NCBI GenBank assembly: GCA_964514585.1
Contig: CAZETU010000001.1
Span: forward strand, 50,523-114,522
Origin: Candidatus Woesearchaeota archaeon
Lineage (GTDB): Archaea > Nanobdellota > Nanobdellia > Pacearchaeales > GW2011-AR1
Length of the DNA stretch: 64,000 bases
Direction: 5' to 3'
In this document: positions 28,619 to 40,300 of the stretch, piece after piece
Numbering within the stretch: the first letter of the stretch is position 1
Layout of the letters: every line of letters starts with the position of its first letter
Notes under the pieces: generated by a model
What the model was told of the DNA's origin: nothing
The model's database searches: none
The model's input: the letters and a program-made list of their open reading frames with translations, nothing else
Made by a program: the position numbers and the translations under genes

Positions 28619-30349
28619 CTATTTCTTAGGTTTTTTTGATTTCTCCGTCTTTTTTGATTTTTTTGGTTTGTCTGACTCCCTTATTCTATGCAACACAAAC
28701 CATAGAATAAGCAACAAAATAATCACAAACACAACAGCTAACGTCCAAAGGATATCCCCCATTAAAGGAAATTCCTCTTCAGATAAAACGACAAAAAACC
28801 AAGCACTCGAACTCGCTACCTCACCCTCATAAGTCACCTTCACATAAAACATATAATTCCCAGGTTTTATATTTCCTGGAAGCCGAAAATTTTTCACAAA
28901 ACTCGCCTGCGTTTCCACAGCCATAGTTTCTTGCTCGCTAATTACAACATTACCATCCTCATCCATTATCACACACACAACATCAACATCAACCCTCTCC
29001 GTGCCCCCCATATTATACAAAGATACTTCCGCAGCAAATTCATCACTAGGAACAACATACAAAAACTGACTTGGTATTTTTGCCTTAACATCAAATAATG
29101 GCGCCTTGCTTTCAATCTCTATTGCAATCAAAAGTTCTTTCTCAACCCCCTCAGTCCTCACAATAATTTTGCCAATATACAAATCGGGAAATGCGTCCTC
29201 CCTCGCTATAAAATCCAAAATAATCTCCCTAACCTCTCCTCTCTTCAAATAAAAATCCGCGTTAACTACTCTTATAAAATCGGCAAGTTCATTATTTTCA
29301 ACCTCCACCCAAAAATCACGATTCCCCGTATTTACTATCACTATCTTTTGTTGCTTTGTTTCTCCCTGTTTAAAAGAAACTTTTATTTTTTCTTCATTTA
29401 AATCAAAATCTCGGAAGAGCACACCTCCCACAATTCCACTAGAAGAAGAGGGCGGGGAAGGTATATTAGGAATCTCAACAACCGGAGTCTCCTCTACGGT
29501 ATAAATCGAAGAACTACTAACATTAAACTTTAACGTACCTCCAGAATAACTCTCAGCAACACATTCAGACGAAGAACACACAACACCATTCTTCAATATC
29601 CTAGGATTAGAAAAACTCAAACCATAAATCCACAACGTAGCCGCCTTATCAAAATTCGGTAAAGCGATAGGATTTATCTCAATCCTATTAGACGAAATAT
29701 CAGTATTAACATTCAAATCAAGAATACCGTCACTAGAATTCTCATCATCTGTCAAGTTGATAGCTTCATTAAATGAAATCTTTCCGTAAATTGGCTGATG
29801 CAATATAACCCCGTCTAAATTCTGCAATTCCTCATAAGAATAGTCAAAAAAATCGGTCGACTCCCCCTTCTTTTCATTCCTTCGCATTTCAAATACATCC
29901 TCTCCCAAATCCTCACTCGTTTCATACTCATCGTCTATTATAACAAAAAGTCCCGAGTCAACAAAAAAACTCACACTCTTTGAAGTTATGTTACCAAAAC
30001 TACCATTAGCATACAAATAGAGAGTGTGAGCGCCCTGAGAGACGTTAAAATAGACATTAGAAGTTATCGTTATATTAGACAAATCATCCAAATTATACCA
30101 AACAGCATCTTCCCCTCCCACAAAATAACTTAACAAAAGAGACTCATTAAACAAGTAAGTTGCATTCTGAGGAGAAAATATTGTCAAAGTAGGAGAATAA
30201 GCTGTCACAGAAATATTTAAACCAACCGAACGGGTTGCATCACCAGTTATAGACTCACCAGTAATAAGATCAACATCTGACCCCTCCACAAAATTTACAA
30301 ACAATAAAAATAATAACAGTAAAATAAAAAATCCTCTTCTCATAAACAA
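28619..30349 (-). CDS. Cell-surface protein with Ig-like domains and C-terminal TM
   Basis: Signal peptide, many NxS/T sequons, C-terminal TM plus basic tail. Confidence 0.75.
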   Translation of the reverse strand: MFMRRGFFILLLLFLLFVNFVEGSDVDLITGESITGDATRSVGLNISVTAYSPTLTIFSPQNATYLFNESLLLSYFVGGEDAVWYNLDDLSNITITSNVYFNVSQGAHTLYLYANGSFGNITSKSVSFFVDSGLFVIIDDEYETSEDLGEDVFEMRRNEKKGESTDFFDYSYEELQNLDGVILHQPIYGKISFNEAINLTDDENSSDGILDLNVNTDISSNRIEINPIALPNFDKAATLWIYGLSFSNPRILKNGVVCSSSECVAESYSGGTLKFNVSSSSIYTVEETPVVEIPNIPSPPSSSSGIVGGVLFRDFDLNEEKIKVSFKQGETKQQKIVIVNTGNRDFWVEVENNELADFIRVVNADFYLKRGEVREIILDFIAREDAFPDLYIGKIIVRTEGVEKELLIAIEIESKAPLFDVKAKIPSQFLYVVPSDEFAAEVSLYNMGGTERVDVDVVCVIMDEDGNVVISEQETMAVETQASFVKNFRLPGNIKPGNYMFYVKVTYEGEVASSSAWFFVVLSEEEFPLMGDILWTLAVVFVIILLLILWFVLHRIRESDKPKKSKKTEKSKKPKK

Positions 30350-30392
30350 AGAATATAAATCATCTATTTAAAATTAATTACTTCTCAAAAAT

Positions 30393-30971
30393 TTATTTCT
30401 TCTTAAACTTAAACCAAATTATCAATATTGCCAAAATTGCTATTCCTGCTATCAAATAAATCACCCAAGAACTTGAACTTTCCGGCGCAGGCATATTCAT
30501 TGCAGCTAATTCCTCAGCTGATGGAACAACAACAACATCAAAACCCTTCCCAACGCTACTACCAAGACCAAAAGTTCCAGACTCGCCTTCCGTTACAGTA
30601 TTAAATGTTATTTCCACAGAATAAATATCCCCTATCTCGGCATCACCCGGAACAGTTACTTTTGCCATCACATCTACAGAACCACCGACAACCACAAGAA
30701 CATCACTTGAATCAATTAATTTCATAACCTCCGATCCCTTTCCTATACTTGGCCTAACAGTAATATCCTCAGGCCCTGGTCCATTTTGCAAATTAAAACT
30801 TATATCTCTTGTCTCTCCCGCAGAAAGTTGTAACGGATGATCCTGATGATAAGCAGAACCAATACCAAAAGCAGAGACATAGCTAGCAAACAAAACAACA
30901 GACATTATCAATACTAAAACTGACAACCCTGTCTTTTTCACCTTCATTTTTCCCTCAATTTGTTTTTTCAT
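30393..30971 (-). CDS. Cell-surface protein with C-terminal TM
   Basis: Signal peptide, beta-rich domain, TM plus KKK tail. Confidence 0.75.
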   Translation of the reverse strand: MKKQIEGKMKVKKTGLSVLVLIMSVVLFASYVSAFGIGSAYHQDHPLQLSAGETRDISFNLQNGPGPEDITVRPSIGKGSEVMKLIDSSDVLVVVGGSVDVMAKVTVPGDAEIGDIYSVEITFNTVTEGESGTFGLGSSVGKGFDVVVVPSAEELAAMNMPAPESSSSWVIYLIAGIAILAILIIWFKFKKK

Positions 30972-30977
30972 CTTTTA

Positions 30978-32540
30978 TTATAATATTTGAACTACCCAAT
31001 TCCACTCAGTTTCATTCGCAGTTGAATATGCCTGCGTTGAAAGTTCACTTCCAGCCAACTTTAAACAAAAATACAATTCCTCTTGTCCTGTACTACCATC
31101 ATTTAAAGTATAATTACCTTTTGATAAATTTGCTATAGCGATTCCCTCATAAGAATTCCTATCCATTGCAGTTCCCGCACATTCTATTGAACTTCCAGTT
31201 GCATGACTAACTGAAAAATTATTCGCCCATAATGCCTCTGCCGAAGTAGTCTCGCCTCTTAGATTAGAAGAATTTATTGATATACTCGTCGCAACTATAT
31301 CATCATTCCCAGTATTATTCAAAACCAAAGGATCATTATTTGATGTCTGATTCGTAGCGCCAGGAGTTATACCATCCCAAGTTAAACCAGAAGGGCTCAT
31401 AACAAACGCCGTCCTTTCACCAACATAAAAATTAGTCGAAGTATTTGTAGCAGAGTTAGATTGATTATCTTCAACGTAAGCAATTATATCCCACGAACCA
31501 GTACCGTCAAACCACCACATCGTTACATTACAAGTGTAGTTCGCATAATCCCCTGAAGATTCATACATTTCACAAGAAGCATTTTCTCTAGTTGTTTCGC
31601 CACCACTCGAAAAATTTATCAATGCTGTACTATGATTCAAATTTCCAGCACCAGAAATAGAATAGGCCGTAAAATTAATAATTACACTCGACAAAGCCGG
31701 AGCTTCATTAGGACCCGAATTTAAATAACCAGCAACCGTCTTCAAAACAGCATGCCCCATATTCTTATCAGCCTCATTTGTATGTAAATTTCGCCGTAAA
31801 GTCGACTTAAATTCCAAATTGTCTTGCTCACCCCTCTCACACAATCGAAGAATCATATCCGAAGAATATTCAAGATATCTCTTAGACCTCAATCTCCTAA
31901 AACTGTTCAGCATAAAATTCTTAGTAAAAAAATTAGAAAAACTTTTCTCACCAGATCTTAAATACAAAAACCCAAAAACAGAAACAGCAACGCCACCAAA
32001 TATATTAACAATCAAATCGTTCATTGTATCTCTTAAGCTTCCCTGTAATCCAAAACCAAAACCAATATTCAAAAGAAATTCAAAAACCTCCCACAAGACT
32101 CCAAGAGCAAGGGCAAAACAAAAAACAAAAAAAGCAATTATCGCAGGGCTAGCCTTAATCACATCTTCATCATTCAAAACACAAAGCACGGTCAGACCAA
32201 CAAAACCAAGAACAACGGAGGCGCCAAAATTCAATAAAACGCCCCACCACCAAAATTCAGAAAAAAATCCCATGGCTCCAATATAAATAAAAACACCGAA
32301 GATAAACATTAAAATAATTACCTCTATCCCTGCAGGAAATTTAACGTTAAAAAAAGTCCTTAATGTCACAGGAAGGAAAGTAAAAAATAAACCAATAAGA
32401 GAAATAACCAAAACCAAATCCCTCTCTACAAAAACAGAAATAAAAATCGAGATCAATAACATCAGACGAATGAAATCTACAATTACCAATCGGACTAAAC
32501 TTGAAGATCCGTGCATTCTTTTTTTATAAAAATTTCTCAT
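30978..32540 (-). CDS. Chimeric ORF: membrane domain + truncated AlbA_2/Schlafen-like domain + surface-protein C-terminus
   Basis: LEFKSTLR...VLKTVAGYLNS stops abruptly and continues as a sequon-rich beta domain similar to 60348..61337. Confidence 0.6.
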   Translation of the reverse strand: MRNFYKKRMHGSSSLVRLVIVDFIRLMLLISIFISVFVERDLVLVISLIGLFFTFLPVTLRTFFNVKFPAGIEVIILMFIFGVFIYIGAMGFFSEFWWWGVLLNFGASVVLGFVGLTVLCVLNDEDVIKASPAIIAFFVFCFALALGVLWEVFEFLLNIGFGFGLQGSLRDTMNDLIVNIFGGVAVSVFGFLYLRSGEKSFSNFFTKNFMLNSFRRLRSKRYLEYSSDMILRLCERGEQDNLEFKSTLRRNLHTNEADKNMGHAVLKTVAGYLNSGPNEAPALSSVIINFTAYSISGAGNLNHSTALINFSSGGETTRENASCEMYESSGDYANYTCNVTMWWFDGTGSWDIIAYVEDNQSNSATNTSTNFYVGERTAFVMSPSGLTWDGITPGATNQTSNNDPLVLNNTGNDDIVATSISINSSNLRGETTSAEALWANNFSVSHATGSSIECAGTAMDRNSYEGIAIANLSKGNYTLNDGSTGQEELYFCLKLAGSELSTQAYSTANETEWNWVVQIL

Positions 32541-32590
32541 ATAAATAAAATCCTAATCAACTATAAAAAGATTATAGCGTTATAACATGA

Positions 32591-33778
32591 ATGTTCGCGC
32601 TAGTTACCCCACTCCTTCTAGGCCTCCTCTCTGGAATTTTCACCGGACTAATCCCGGGCATCCACATAAACCTCATCGCAACAACCTTCCTAATCCTAAT
32701 CCCAGCAACATTATTCCCAATAACATCTATTTTAATTTTCATAACATCAATGGCAATCACCCACACATTTATCGACTTCATACCATCAATTTTCTTAGGC
32801 GCCCCCGACGACGATACTACACTTGGAGTTTTACCAGGACACGAACTCTTATTAAAAGGGCAAGGACACTACGCCCTAAAATTAACCCTCATCGGCTCAA
32901 CCCTAGCAATCTTATCACTAATTTTCATCATACCAATTTTCATCTTCACCGTTCCAAAAATATATCCTTTCCTCCAAAAAATGATGGGCTTCTTTCTAAT
33001 TTGGGCAAGCATTCTATTAATCTCCCAAGACAAACAAAAAACAAAAGCTATAATGACTTTCCTACTAGCCGGCTTCTTAGGGATGTCGACACTAAACCTT
33101 AACATCAACCAACCAATCCTCCCACTCTTGACTGGACTCTTCGGAGCTTCAACAATTATTCACTCAATAAAATCCAAAACAAATATCCCTCCTCAAATAA
33201 TAGAAAAAAATAAATTCACAAAAAAAGAATTAGTTAAACCAGCCCTCGCAACAATAATCGTTTCTCCAATCTGCTCCCTCCTCCCAGGACTCGGAAGTAG
33301 TCAGGCCGCAATCATTGGATCAAAAATAACAGGCAAACTAAACAGAGAACAATTCCTAATTCTCCTCGGCTCTATAAACACACTAGTAATTTCAATCTCA
33401 TTCATCACACTTTTCCTAATCCAAAAATCACGAACCGGCGTCGCTGCAGCAATGTCGCAAATAACACAACTAACAAACACAAACCTTACAACAATTCTAA
33501 TTACAATTTTAATAACATCCATTCTCATAATCCCAATCACTCTCCAAATCTCAAAACTCTTCGCAAAAAACATCCACAAAATTTCCTACACAAAAATATC
33601 TGTTATACTAATAATTTTTCTAACAACAATTATAACAATCTTCTCCGGGTTCCTAGGCCTCCTGGTATTCGTAATCTCAACCACCCTCGGGTTAACCTGC
33701 ATCGAATTCAAAACAAACAAATCTCTCCTTATGGGATGCCTCCTAATCCCCACAATAATTTTCTATCTCCCTTTCTAA
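32591..33778 (+). CDS. Tripartite tricarboxylate transporter TctA-like permease (DUF112)
   Basis: GLIPGIHIN, FIPSIFLGAP, LPGHELL..G.G, LPGLGSSQA. Confidence 0.85.
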   Translation: MFALVTPLLLGLLSGIFTGLIPGIHINLIATTFLILIPATLFPITSILIFITSMAITHTFIDFIPSIFLGAPDDDTTLGVLPGHELLLKGQGHYALKLTLIGSTLAILSLIFIIPIFIFTVPKIYPFLQKMMGFFLIWASILLISQDKQKTKAIMTFLLAGFLGMSTLNLNINQPILPLLTGLFGASTIIHSIKSKTNIPPQIIEKNKFTKKELVKPALATIIVSPICSLLPGLGSSQAAIIGSKITGKLNREQFLILLGSINTLVISISFITLFLIQKSRTGVAAAMSQITQLTNTNLTTILITILITSILIIPITLQISKLFAKNIHKISYTKISVILIIFLTTIITIFSGFLGLLVFVISTTLGLTCIEFKTNKSLLMGCLLIPTIIFYLPF

Positions 33779-33810
33779 ACATTTATTAATCAAAACCACT
33801 ATATACAAAC

Positions 33811-33978
33811 ATGGGAAAAGAGAGCGTCATCATCGGAGCCATAGGAATTCTAATAGGCGCAGCAATCTACATCAAAACAGGAGCCATCTCTTCGGCGCTA
33901 GTCCCAACAATTCTCGGAATCCTCCTAATTATTTTCTCAAAAGAAGAAGACAAAATAGAGAAAAGGAGGGATAAATAA
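33811..33978 (+). CDS. Small two-TM membrane protein (55 aa)
   Basis: Hand-translated MGKESVIIGAIGILIGAAIY...FSKEEDKIEKRRDK; TAATG coupling and GGAGG upstream of the next gene. Confidence 0.6.
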   Translation: MGKESVIIGAIGILIGAAIYIKTGAISSALVPTILGILLIIFSKEEDKIEKRRDK

Positions 33979-34301
33979 TGGCAGAAATAATCACAACAAC
34001 AACCGATTCACTTCCGGGAAAAAAAGTAACACAAGTCTTAGGAATTGTAAAAGGGAGCACAATCAGGGCACGACACGTCGGACGAGATATTGCAGCCGGA
34101 TTAAAAAACCTCGTCGGAGGAGAAATAAAATCCTACACTCAAATGATTTCACAATCCAGAGAAGAAGCATTTAACAGAATGGTTAACGACGCAAATGACA
34201 GAAAAGCAGACGCAATCATAAACGTAAGATTCGTAACTGCAATGGTAATGCAAGGCGCAGCAGAAATCTTAGCTTACGGAACCGCAGTCAAGCTGAAATA
34301 A
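33978..34301 (+). CDS. YbjQ/UPF0145 family protein
   Basis: LGIVKGSTIRARHVGRDI...GGEIKSYT...REEA...GTAVK. Confidence 0.95.
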   Translation: MAEIITTTTDSLPGKKVTQVLGIVKGSTIRARHVGRDIAAGLKNLVGGEIKSYTQMISQSREEAFNRMVNDANDRKADAIINVRFVTAMVMQGAAEILAYGTAVKLK

Positions 34302-35604
34302 TCACAACCCCCAGCAATCTAAACAAAGTTTTTCACGAGGCAGACCTATAGCCTTTTCAAGAATCTCAACGTCAGCGAAATGCAAACCATCAAGCCCCCG
34401 AGTATCTCTAATCTCCTCAAGACTCATACATTTCGCAATACAATCCTCATCATTCTTAATTGATTTACCATACTTACAAGCAGCAACCAAAGGCGGGCAA
34501 GCAATAATAGCATGAACCTCCTTAGCCCCCAAATTCTTCAATCTCTGCGTCTGCTTCCGAGTCTGATTCCCCTTAACAATCGAATCATCAACAATAATAA
34601 TTTTCTTATCTTTAATCAATTCCTTAACGGGAATCAACTTTTCATCAGCAACCTGATGCTGTTCTTCAAGAGTACTTGGAGTAAAACTCCTTCCACTATA
34701 ATCAAATTTCTTAAAAACCTCTAAATAAGGAATCCCCGACGCATTAGCAAACCCAGTGGCATGACATCTCCCTGAATTCGGAATCGGAGAAACCAAATCA
34801 GCATCAATCTTGTATTTCTCCGCCATTAAAGCCCCAATTTTATTTCTAACAAGTTCAACACTTTTACCGTCAATAATAGATGCTGGATGTGCCGTATAAA
34901 TCCACTCAAAAGTACCATACCTAATATTTTTCAAATCAAACTGAGCAACAAAATTAATCCCATCCTCATTCAATAAAACAACCTCTCCAGGCCTAACATC
35001 TCTAACAATTTCAAACCCAGTATTAATAAAAGAAACACTCTCAGAAGACACCGCGTAACTCCCATCTTTCTTACCCAAAATCAAGGGCTTCCTCCCCCAT
35101 CCTCGCGCCGCATAAATTCCCTCAGGAGTAAGCGCAACCAAAGCAAAATCTCCCTTCACCTGCTCAAACAAACTCTCAATACCATTCTCAAAATTAAACT
35201 CTTTAGATATTATTTTAGAAATCAAAACAGCGTCACTAATTTCCTCAGGATTATGATACCCAGAAAAACTCGCCCCACCCTTCAATAGATTATTCTTCAC
35301 CTCAAAATAATTAAATATATTCCCATCAACACAAAGAATCATACCCCCCCCTCCTGGCTAATTCCGAAACAGGCTCTCTACTCCCAGAAACACAGGCTAT
35401 AGCATAGCTCCCCTTCATCCAATCTTCCTTCCTTGAAAAGTTTTCACGGAAAAGCCCTTTGTGTGTAGTATTCTTCAACTTTCCATTAGAATTTTTCCAT
35501 GCCAACCCACAATAGTCCTCACAACGATTCTGTAAATAAAAAACTCCAGAAAGAGCATCTCGAATACAATCTTTCTTAGAAACCACCCCAAAAATTCCTG
35601 ACAT
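34302..35604 (-). pseudogene. purF: Amidophosphoribosyltransferase (PurF)-like gene split by a frameshift in a G8 run
   Basis: ORFs 35326..35604 and 34302..35342 join if one G is removed from G8 (35344-35351); IVDDSIVKG PRPP motif and Fe-S Cys ligands are present. Confidence 0.8.
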
Positions 35605-35695
35605 AAAAGAAAAACGAGGAAACCCTATTTAAATAAAATTATCCTCCACTATCTACTTAAAAATAAAAAAATAAAAAAAATTAATTTGGTTTGGT

Positions 35696-36274
35696 TTAGT
35701 CCTTCCAAGCAGCAACGCCGATCAAAACTAAATGAGCAATTATTGACAACAAGTAAATAATTATACCAATTCCAGAGCCAGCAAGAAGAATCAAAAAGCC
35801 CAAAACAGAACCAATAATCGGAACAAGTATCCACCATCCTGGCTTACCTACTACCTCATATGTTTTCCAGTGCCAAATAATCGTCATTACTCCAAAAAGA
35901 ATAAATCCAACAATCATAATAGCCGGAGCTACAAAAAGAAACGCCCCTGAACCAGAAATACCCAATAATAGCAATATATAAGCAAGAACCGTTGATCCAG
36001 CAAGTGCCAAAAACGGCCACCATTTAGCTTTCGCAGCCTCAAAAATCACAGCCAAGGGTCCACCATAAGGCATCCACGCAATACCCGGACTTCCAATACT
36101 AGCTTTCTCTCCTATCTTAGAATAAGCAAGAGCAATATAAACATATATACCAAACCCGACCAAAATCATCAAAATTCCAAGACCCAACATAGGACCAAGA
36201 AGATTCAATGTCATACCGTCACCACCAGGAATCATGCTAGTCGCAAAACCTGTTAATCCATTAACAACATCCAT
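35696..36274 (-). CDS. Multi-pass membrane protein
   Basis: Hydrophobic ORF, GKPGWWILVP motif. Confidence 0.7.
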   Translation of the reverse strand: MDVVNGLTGFATSMIPGGDGMTLNLLGPMLGLGILMILVGFGIYVYIALAYSKIGEKASIGSPGIAWMPYGGPLAVIFEAAKAKWWPFLALAGSTVLAYILLLLGISGSGAFLFVAPAIMIVGFILFGVMTIIWHWKTYEVVGKPGWWILVPIIGSVLGFLILLAGSGIGIIIYLLSIIAHLVLIGVAAWKD

Positions 36275-36340
36275 AAAATATACCCCCTTTCACAGAATTA
36301 AGTATAAATCACATTATAAAAAACTATCCAATTCTTACAC

Positions 36341-37297
36341 TTACTTAAAATTCTTAGAAGCACTAAATAAAGCTAAAGTTTCAAACAAAAACACAGAGAG
36401 CCACCCCAAAGAAATCCCCCTACTAATCCAAATTAAAGAATTAAACCCACCCGTAAAAAACATTGTAATAATTTCCATAGGATTAGATAGTAAATAGAAA
36501 ATATATCCCAAAAACAATAAAGCAAATAGCCCAAAAATAATTCCCAAAATCGAAGAGACAAAAGAAAATTTAACTTTAGATTTAATAGACATAAGAGTAA
36601 CAGAGAAAAACCCACGAACCAAAATCATAAGAGCGAAAAATCCAAAAACAAGTATCATCTTCCAACCAATCAAAGAGGGTACTGCTGTGTTAGCAAAAAT
36701 GGAATCCACTCCCCCACCAATATCATCGGAAATCCCACCTAGGTTAACGGGCTCATAAGTTACAAGTCCAGTCATAGATGGATTAAGCCCAAACCCACTA
36801 ACAAGATTTTGTACATAAAAAACAAGCACTATAAATATAATCGCAGCCAAAGCAATAAAAATAATATTAATAATAGAGGAAACTCTCACCCACTTAGACT
36901 CTACCTTCTGCCCAATTTTAAAAAACCCAAAAAAGTAAAAGCCCAAAAGCACCATAAAAAACAAAGTAAGTAAAATCTGAACCCATATATTAATAGAACC
37001 CAAAGAAGGAGAAATATCAAACAGTTCAGCAATAAAACCAAGAGCCATTAACCCAACAAAAACACATCCAATAATAGCCGCAAACTTAATCCACTTAACA
37101 CCCTCAATTTTTCCACCCTTAGACTCCAAATGAGGAACTAAATCTTCAGACTCAGAATCCAATTTTTTAATAGCCTCATTACAATCAGCCTCAGAATAAC
37201 CCCTAGAAATAACCTGCTTCTTTAATTCCTCTAGGCCATATTTCTCTCTATTATCTTTCAAATAATTAAAAACAATATCATTCACCACACTAAACAC
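36341..37297 (-). CDS. Multi-pass membrane protein with N-terminal soluble domain
   Basis: 318 aa, about 6 TM segments. Confidence 0.7.
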   Translation of the reverse strand: MFSVVNDIVFNYLKDNREKYGLEELKKQVISRGYSEADCNEAIKKLDSESEDLVPHLESKGGKIEGVKWIKFAAIIGCVFVGLMALGFIAELFDISPSLGSINIWVQILLTLFFMVLLGFYFFGFFKIGQKVESKWVRVSSIINIIFIALAAIIFIVLVFYVQNLVSGFGLNPSMTGLVTYEPVNLGGISDDIGGGVDSIFANTAVPSLIGWKMILVFGFFALMILVRGFFSVTLMSIKSKVKFSFVSSILGIIFGLFALLFLGYIFYLLSNPMEIITMFFTGGFNSLIWISRGISLGWLSVFLFETLALFSASKNFK

Positions 37298-37325
37298 AAT
37301 AAAACATTAATTATAAATTTACCTA

Positions 37326-40300
37326 TCACTTAGCATCACAAGTCATCACATTCTTCGCGATAAACGAATTCCCATATTCCTCATCCTCAACATACTTCCC
37401 AGAAAGTTTAACCGCATCCCCTTCCTTAATCCGTCTATCACTCAACGCCTCACGAAAATCATTAGGGAAAACCGTCACCTTCAACTCACTCGATTTAGAA
37501 CTTATATCCATAAACGCCATATCATCCCCATTCTTCGTCACAATCTGCGTGTACCTTTTAACAATCCCAAAAATATCCGCCTCCATATCATGCTTCAAAC
37601 TTTCAAAAGAAGTAAAATCCCCATTCTTCGCCTCATGATAAGCATCAATCTGATGACCACTAACACAAGCACCCAAAAGTTCACATTCTAAATCCAATTT
37701 AACCTTCAATTTCATCGGCGGCAAATCCGGATATTCAACAACATTCGCAACCCCACCAAACAAAGTCATCTGTTTCTCGGCAGCGTTACTATGCTTCTCA
37801 ACCCTATCATAAACTTCCAATAAGCTCGCCCGATTAATCCCCATATCATCAAAACACCCAACACTAATCAAAGAATGGCAAACCCGCTTATTCACCTTCG
37901 ACAAATCAACCCTATTCACAAAATCCTGATAACTCTTATATGGTCGACCCTCCATAATCTTCACCATCGCTTCACCCCCTACATTCTTAATCCCAGACAA
38001 CCCAACACGAATCAATTTGCCCGTTTTAGATGGAGATTCGTCAGAATCTCCTATAGGGGGTACGCCCGTGCGTGTCTCACCATCGACTTCGGGCTCACCA
38101 GAGTCATGTCCGCCGAGGACCTCAACGCTAAAATCCTCCCGAGAAGTATTAATATCAGGATGCAAAATCTTAATCCCCTCACTTCTAGCCGACTCTAAAT
38201 AAAAGGCCAACTTATCAGGATCACGAATCGCCGACGAAATTGTAGCCGCAAAAAATTCAACAGGATAATATTTCTTCAAATAAGCAGTTCGATATGAAAT
38301 CAAAGCATAAGCGGCCGCATGACTTTTATTAAAACTATAAGCCGCAAACTTCACAATATCATCCCACAACTTATCAACAGCAACCCTCTCCATCCCCGAA
38401 TGATTTATACAACCATCCTTAAACTGAACCTCCATCTTATGCATCAAATCAATCTTCTTCTTCCCAATTGCCTTCCTCAAAACATCAGAATCCCCAGCAC
38501 TAAAACCAGCCAACGCCCTCGACAACTGCATCACCTGTTCCTGATAAACCATAATGCCATAAGTCGGCGCCAAAATTTTCTCAGCATTAGGATGAACATA
38601 AACAACCTCCTCTTTCCCTGCCTTTCGATTTGCATAAGCAGGAATATACTGCATTGGACCCGGACGATACAAAGCACCAATAGCAATAAGATCATCAAAA
38701 CGATCAGGCTGCACCTGTCTCAATGTCTTTCTCATTCCCTCACTTTCAAATTGAAAAACTCCAATACTTTTCTCTTCTCGCAACATCTTATAAACCGAAT
38801 CATCATCCATCGGCAAATTTTCCAACCACTTATCATCCTTACCAATCGCATCCAAAACTTTCTTAATAACATTCAAAGTCTCTAAGCCCAACATATCAAA
38901 CTTCACCAAACCATAAGTCTCAATATCGGGCCCCTCAACCTGAGTAATCACATCCCCATGCTTAGCATACGTCGGAATATATTCATTAATCCCTTCCTTC
39001 CCCCAAACAACACCACAAGCATGAACGCCCTTATGCCGGACACACCCCTCAAGCCTAGAAGCAATCTCAAAAATTTGCTTATACTTTTCTTTAAAATTAT
39101 TTAGCTGTGCAGCGTCATCAGTTGGCTTTCCATCCTCACGGCAAGCTTCCAAGCTTTTCTTAATCGTTTTCTCATTAACCAACTTGGTAATCGCATTAGC
39201 CTCTTCAAACGGAACCCGAAAAACCCTCATGACATCTTTCAAAACCGACTTCGCACTCATTGTTCCAAAAGTCCCAATCATCGCAATCTTTTCCTTACCA
39301 TACTTCTTCCGAACATAATCCAAAACAACATCCTTATCCCCAAAGTCAACATCAAAGTCTGGTAAAGAAATCCTATCAGGATTCAAAAAACGCTCAAACA
39401 ACAAACCCAACACCAACGGATCCAACTGCGTAATCCCAAGACTATAGGCAACAATCGAACCAGCACCACTCCCCCGACCAGGACCAACTTGACAAAATTT
39501 CTTAGCCTCCCGAATAAAATCCGCAACAATCAAAAAATAAGTCTCAAACCCCATCTTCCCAATAACGTCCAACTCAAAATTCATCCGGTCAATAGCCTCC
39601 TTGTAATTCTCCTTATCTTTATATCTTTCATCAAGTCCTTCTTTACACAACTTATACAAATAATCTTTATGGCTCATTCCATCGGGCGCGTCAAAATGTG
39701 GAAAAATAGGCTCACCCATATCCAACTCAACATTACACTTATCCGCGACCTCACAAGTATTCGAAATCCACTCCTGGTTATCTCCAAACTTCTCCAACAT
39801 CTCATCCTCGCTCTTCACCCAATAACCCTCTCCACTAAACCGAAACCGTTTCTCATCATCCATATTCCCATTCGTCCCAACCGCCAACATAACCTCGTGT
39901 GCATAAGCATCATCTTTTTTCAAAAAATGAGAATCAACCGTCGCAACAACCTTCAAACCATACTCCCCACCCATCCTCTTATAAAAATCAACGACCTTCG
40001 CCTCCTCGGCAATCCCATGATTCTGAACCTCTAAATAAAAATCCTCCTTCCCAAAAACATTAATATAATCTTCAATCAACTTTTTAGCCTTTTCTTCATC
40101 GTTATTATTAACCGCCCTAGCAATATCATTCGCAATACAAGCACTCATACAAATCAACCCCTTAGAATGTTTCCTCAAAAAATCCATATCAATCCGCGCC
40201 CGATAATAAAACCCCTCGTTATTAGCAGTCGAAACAAGCCGAACCAAATTCTTATATCCCTCTAAATCCTTAGCCAACAAAATCAAATGATAATTAGGCA

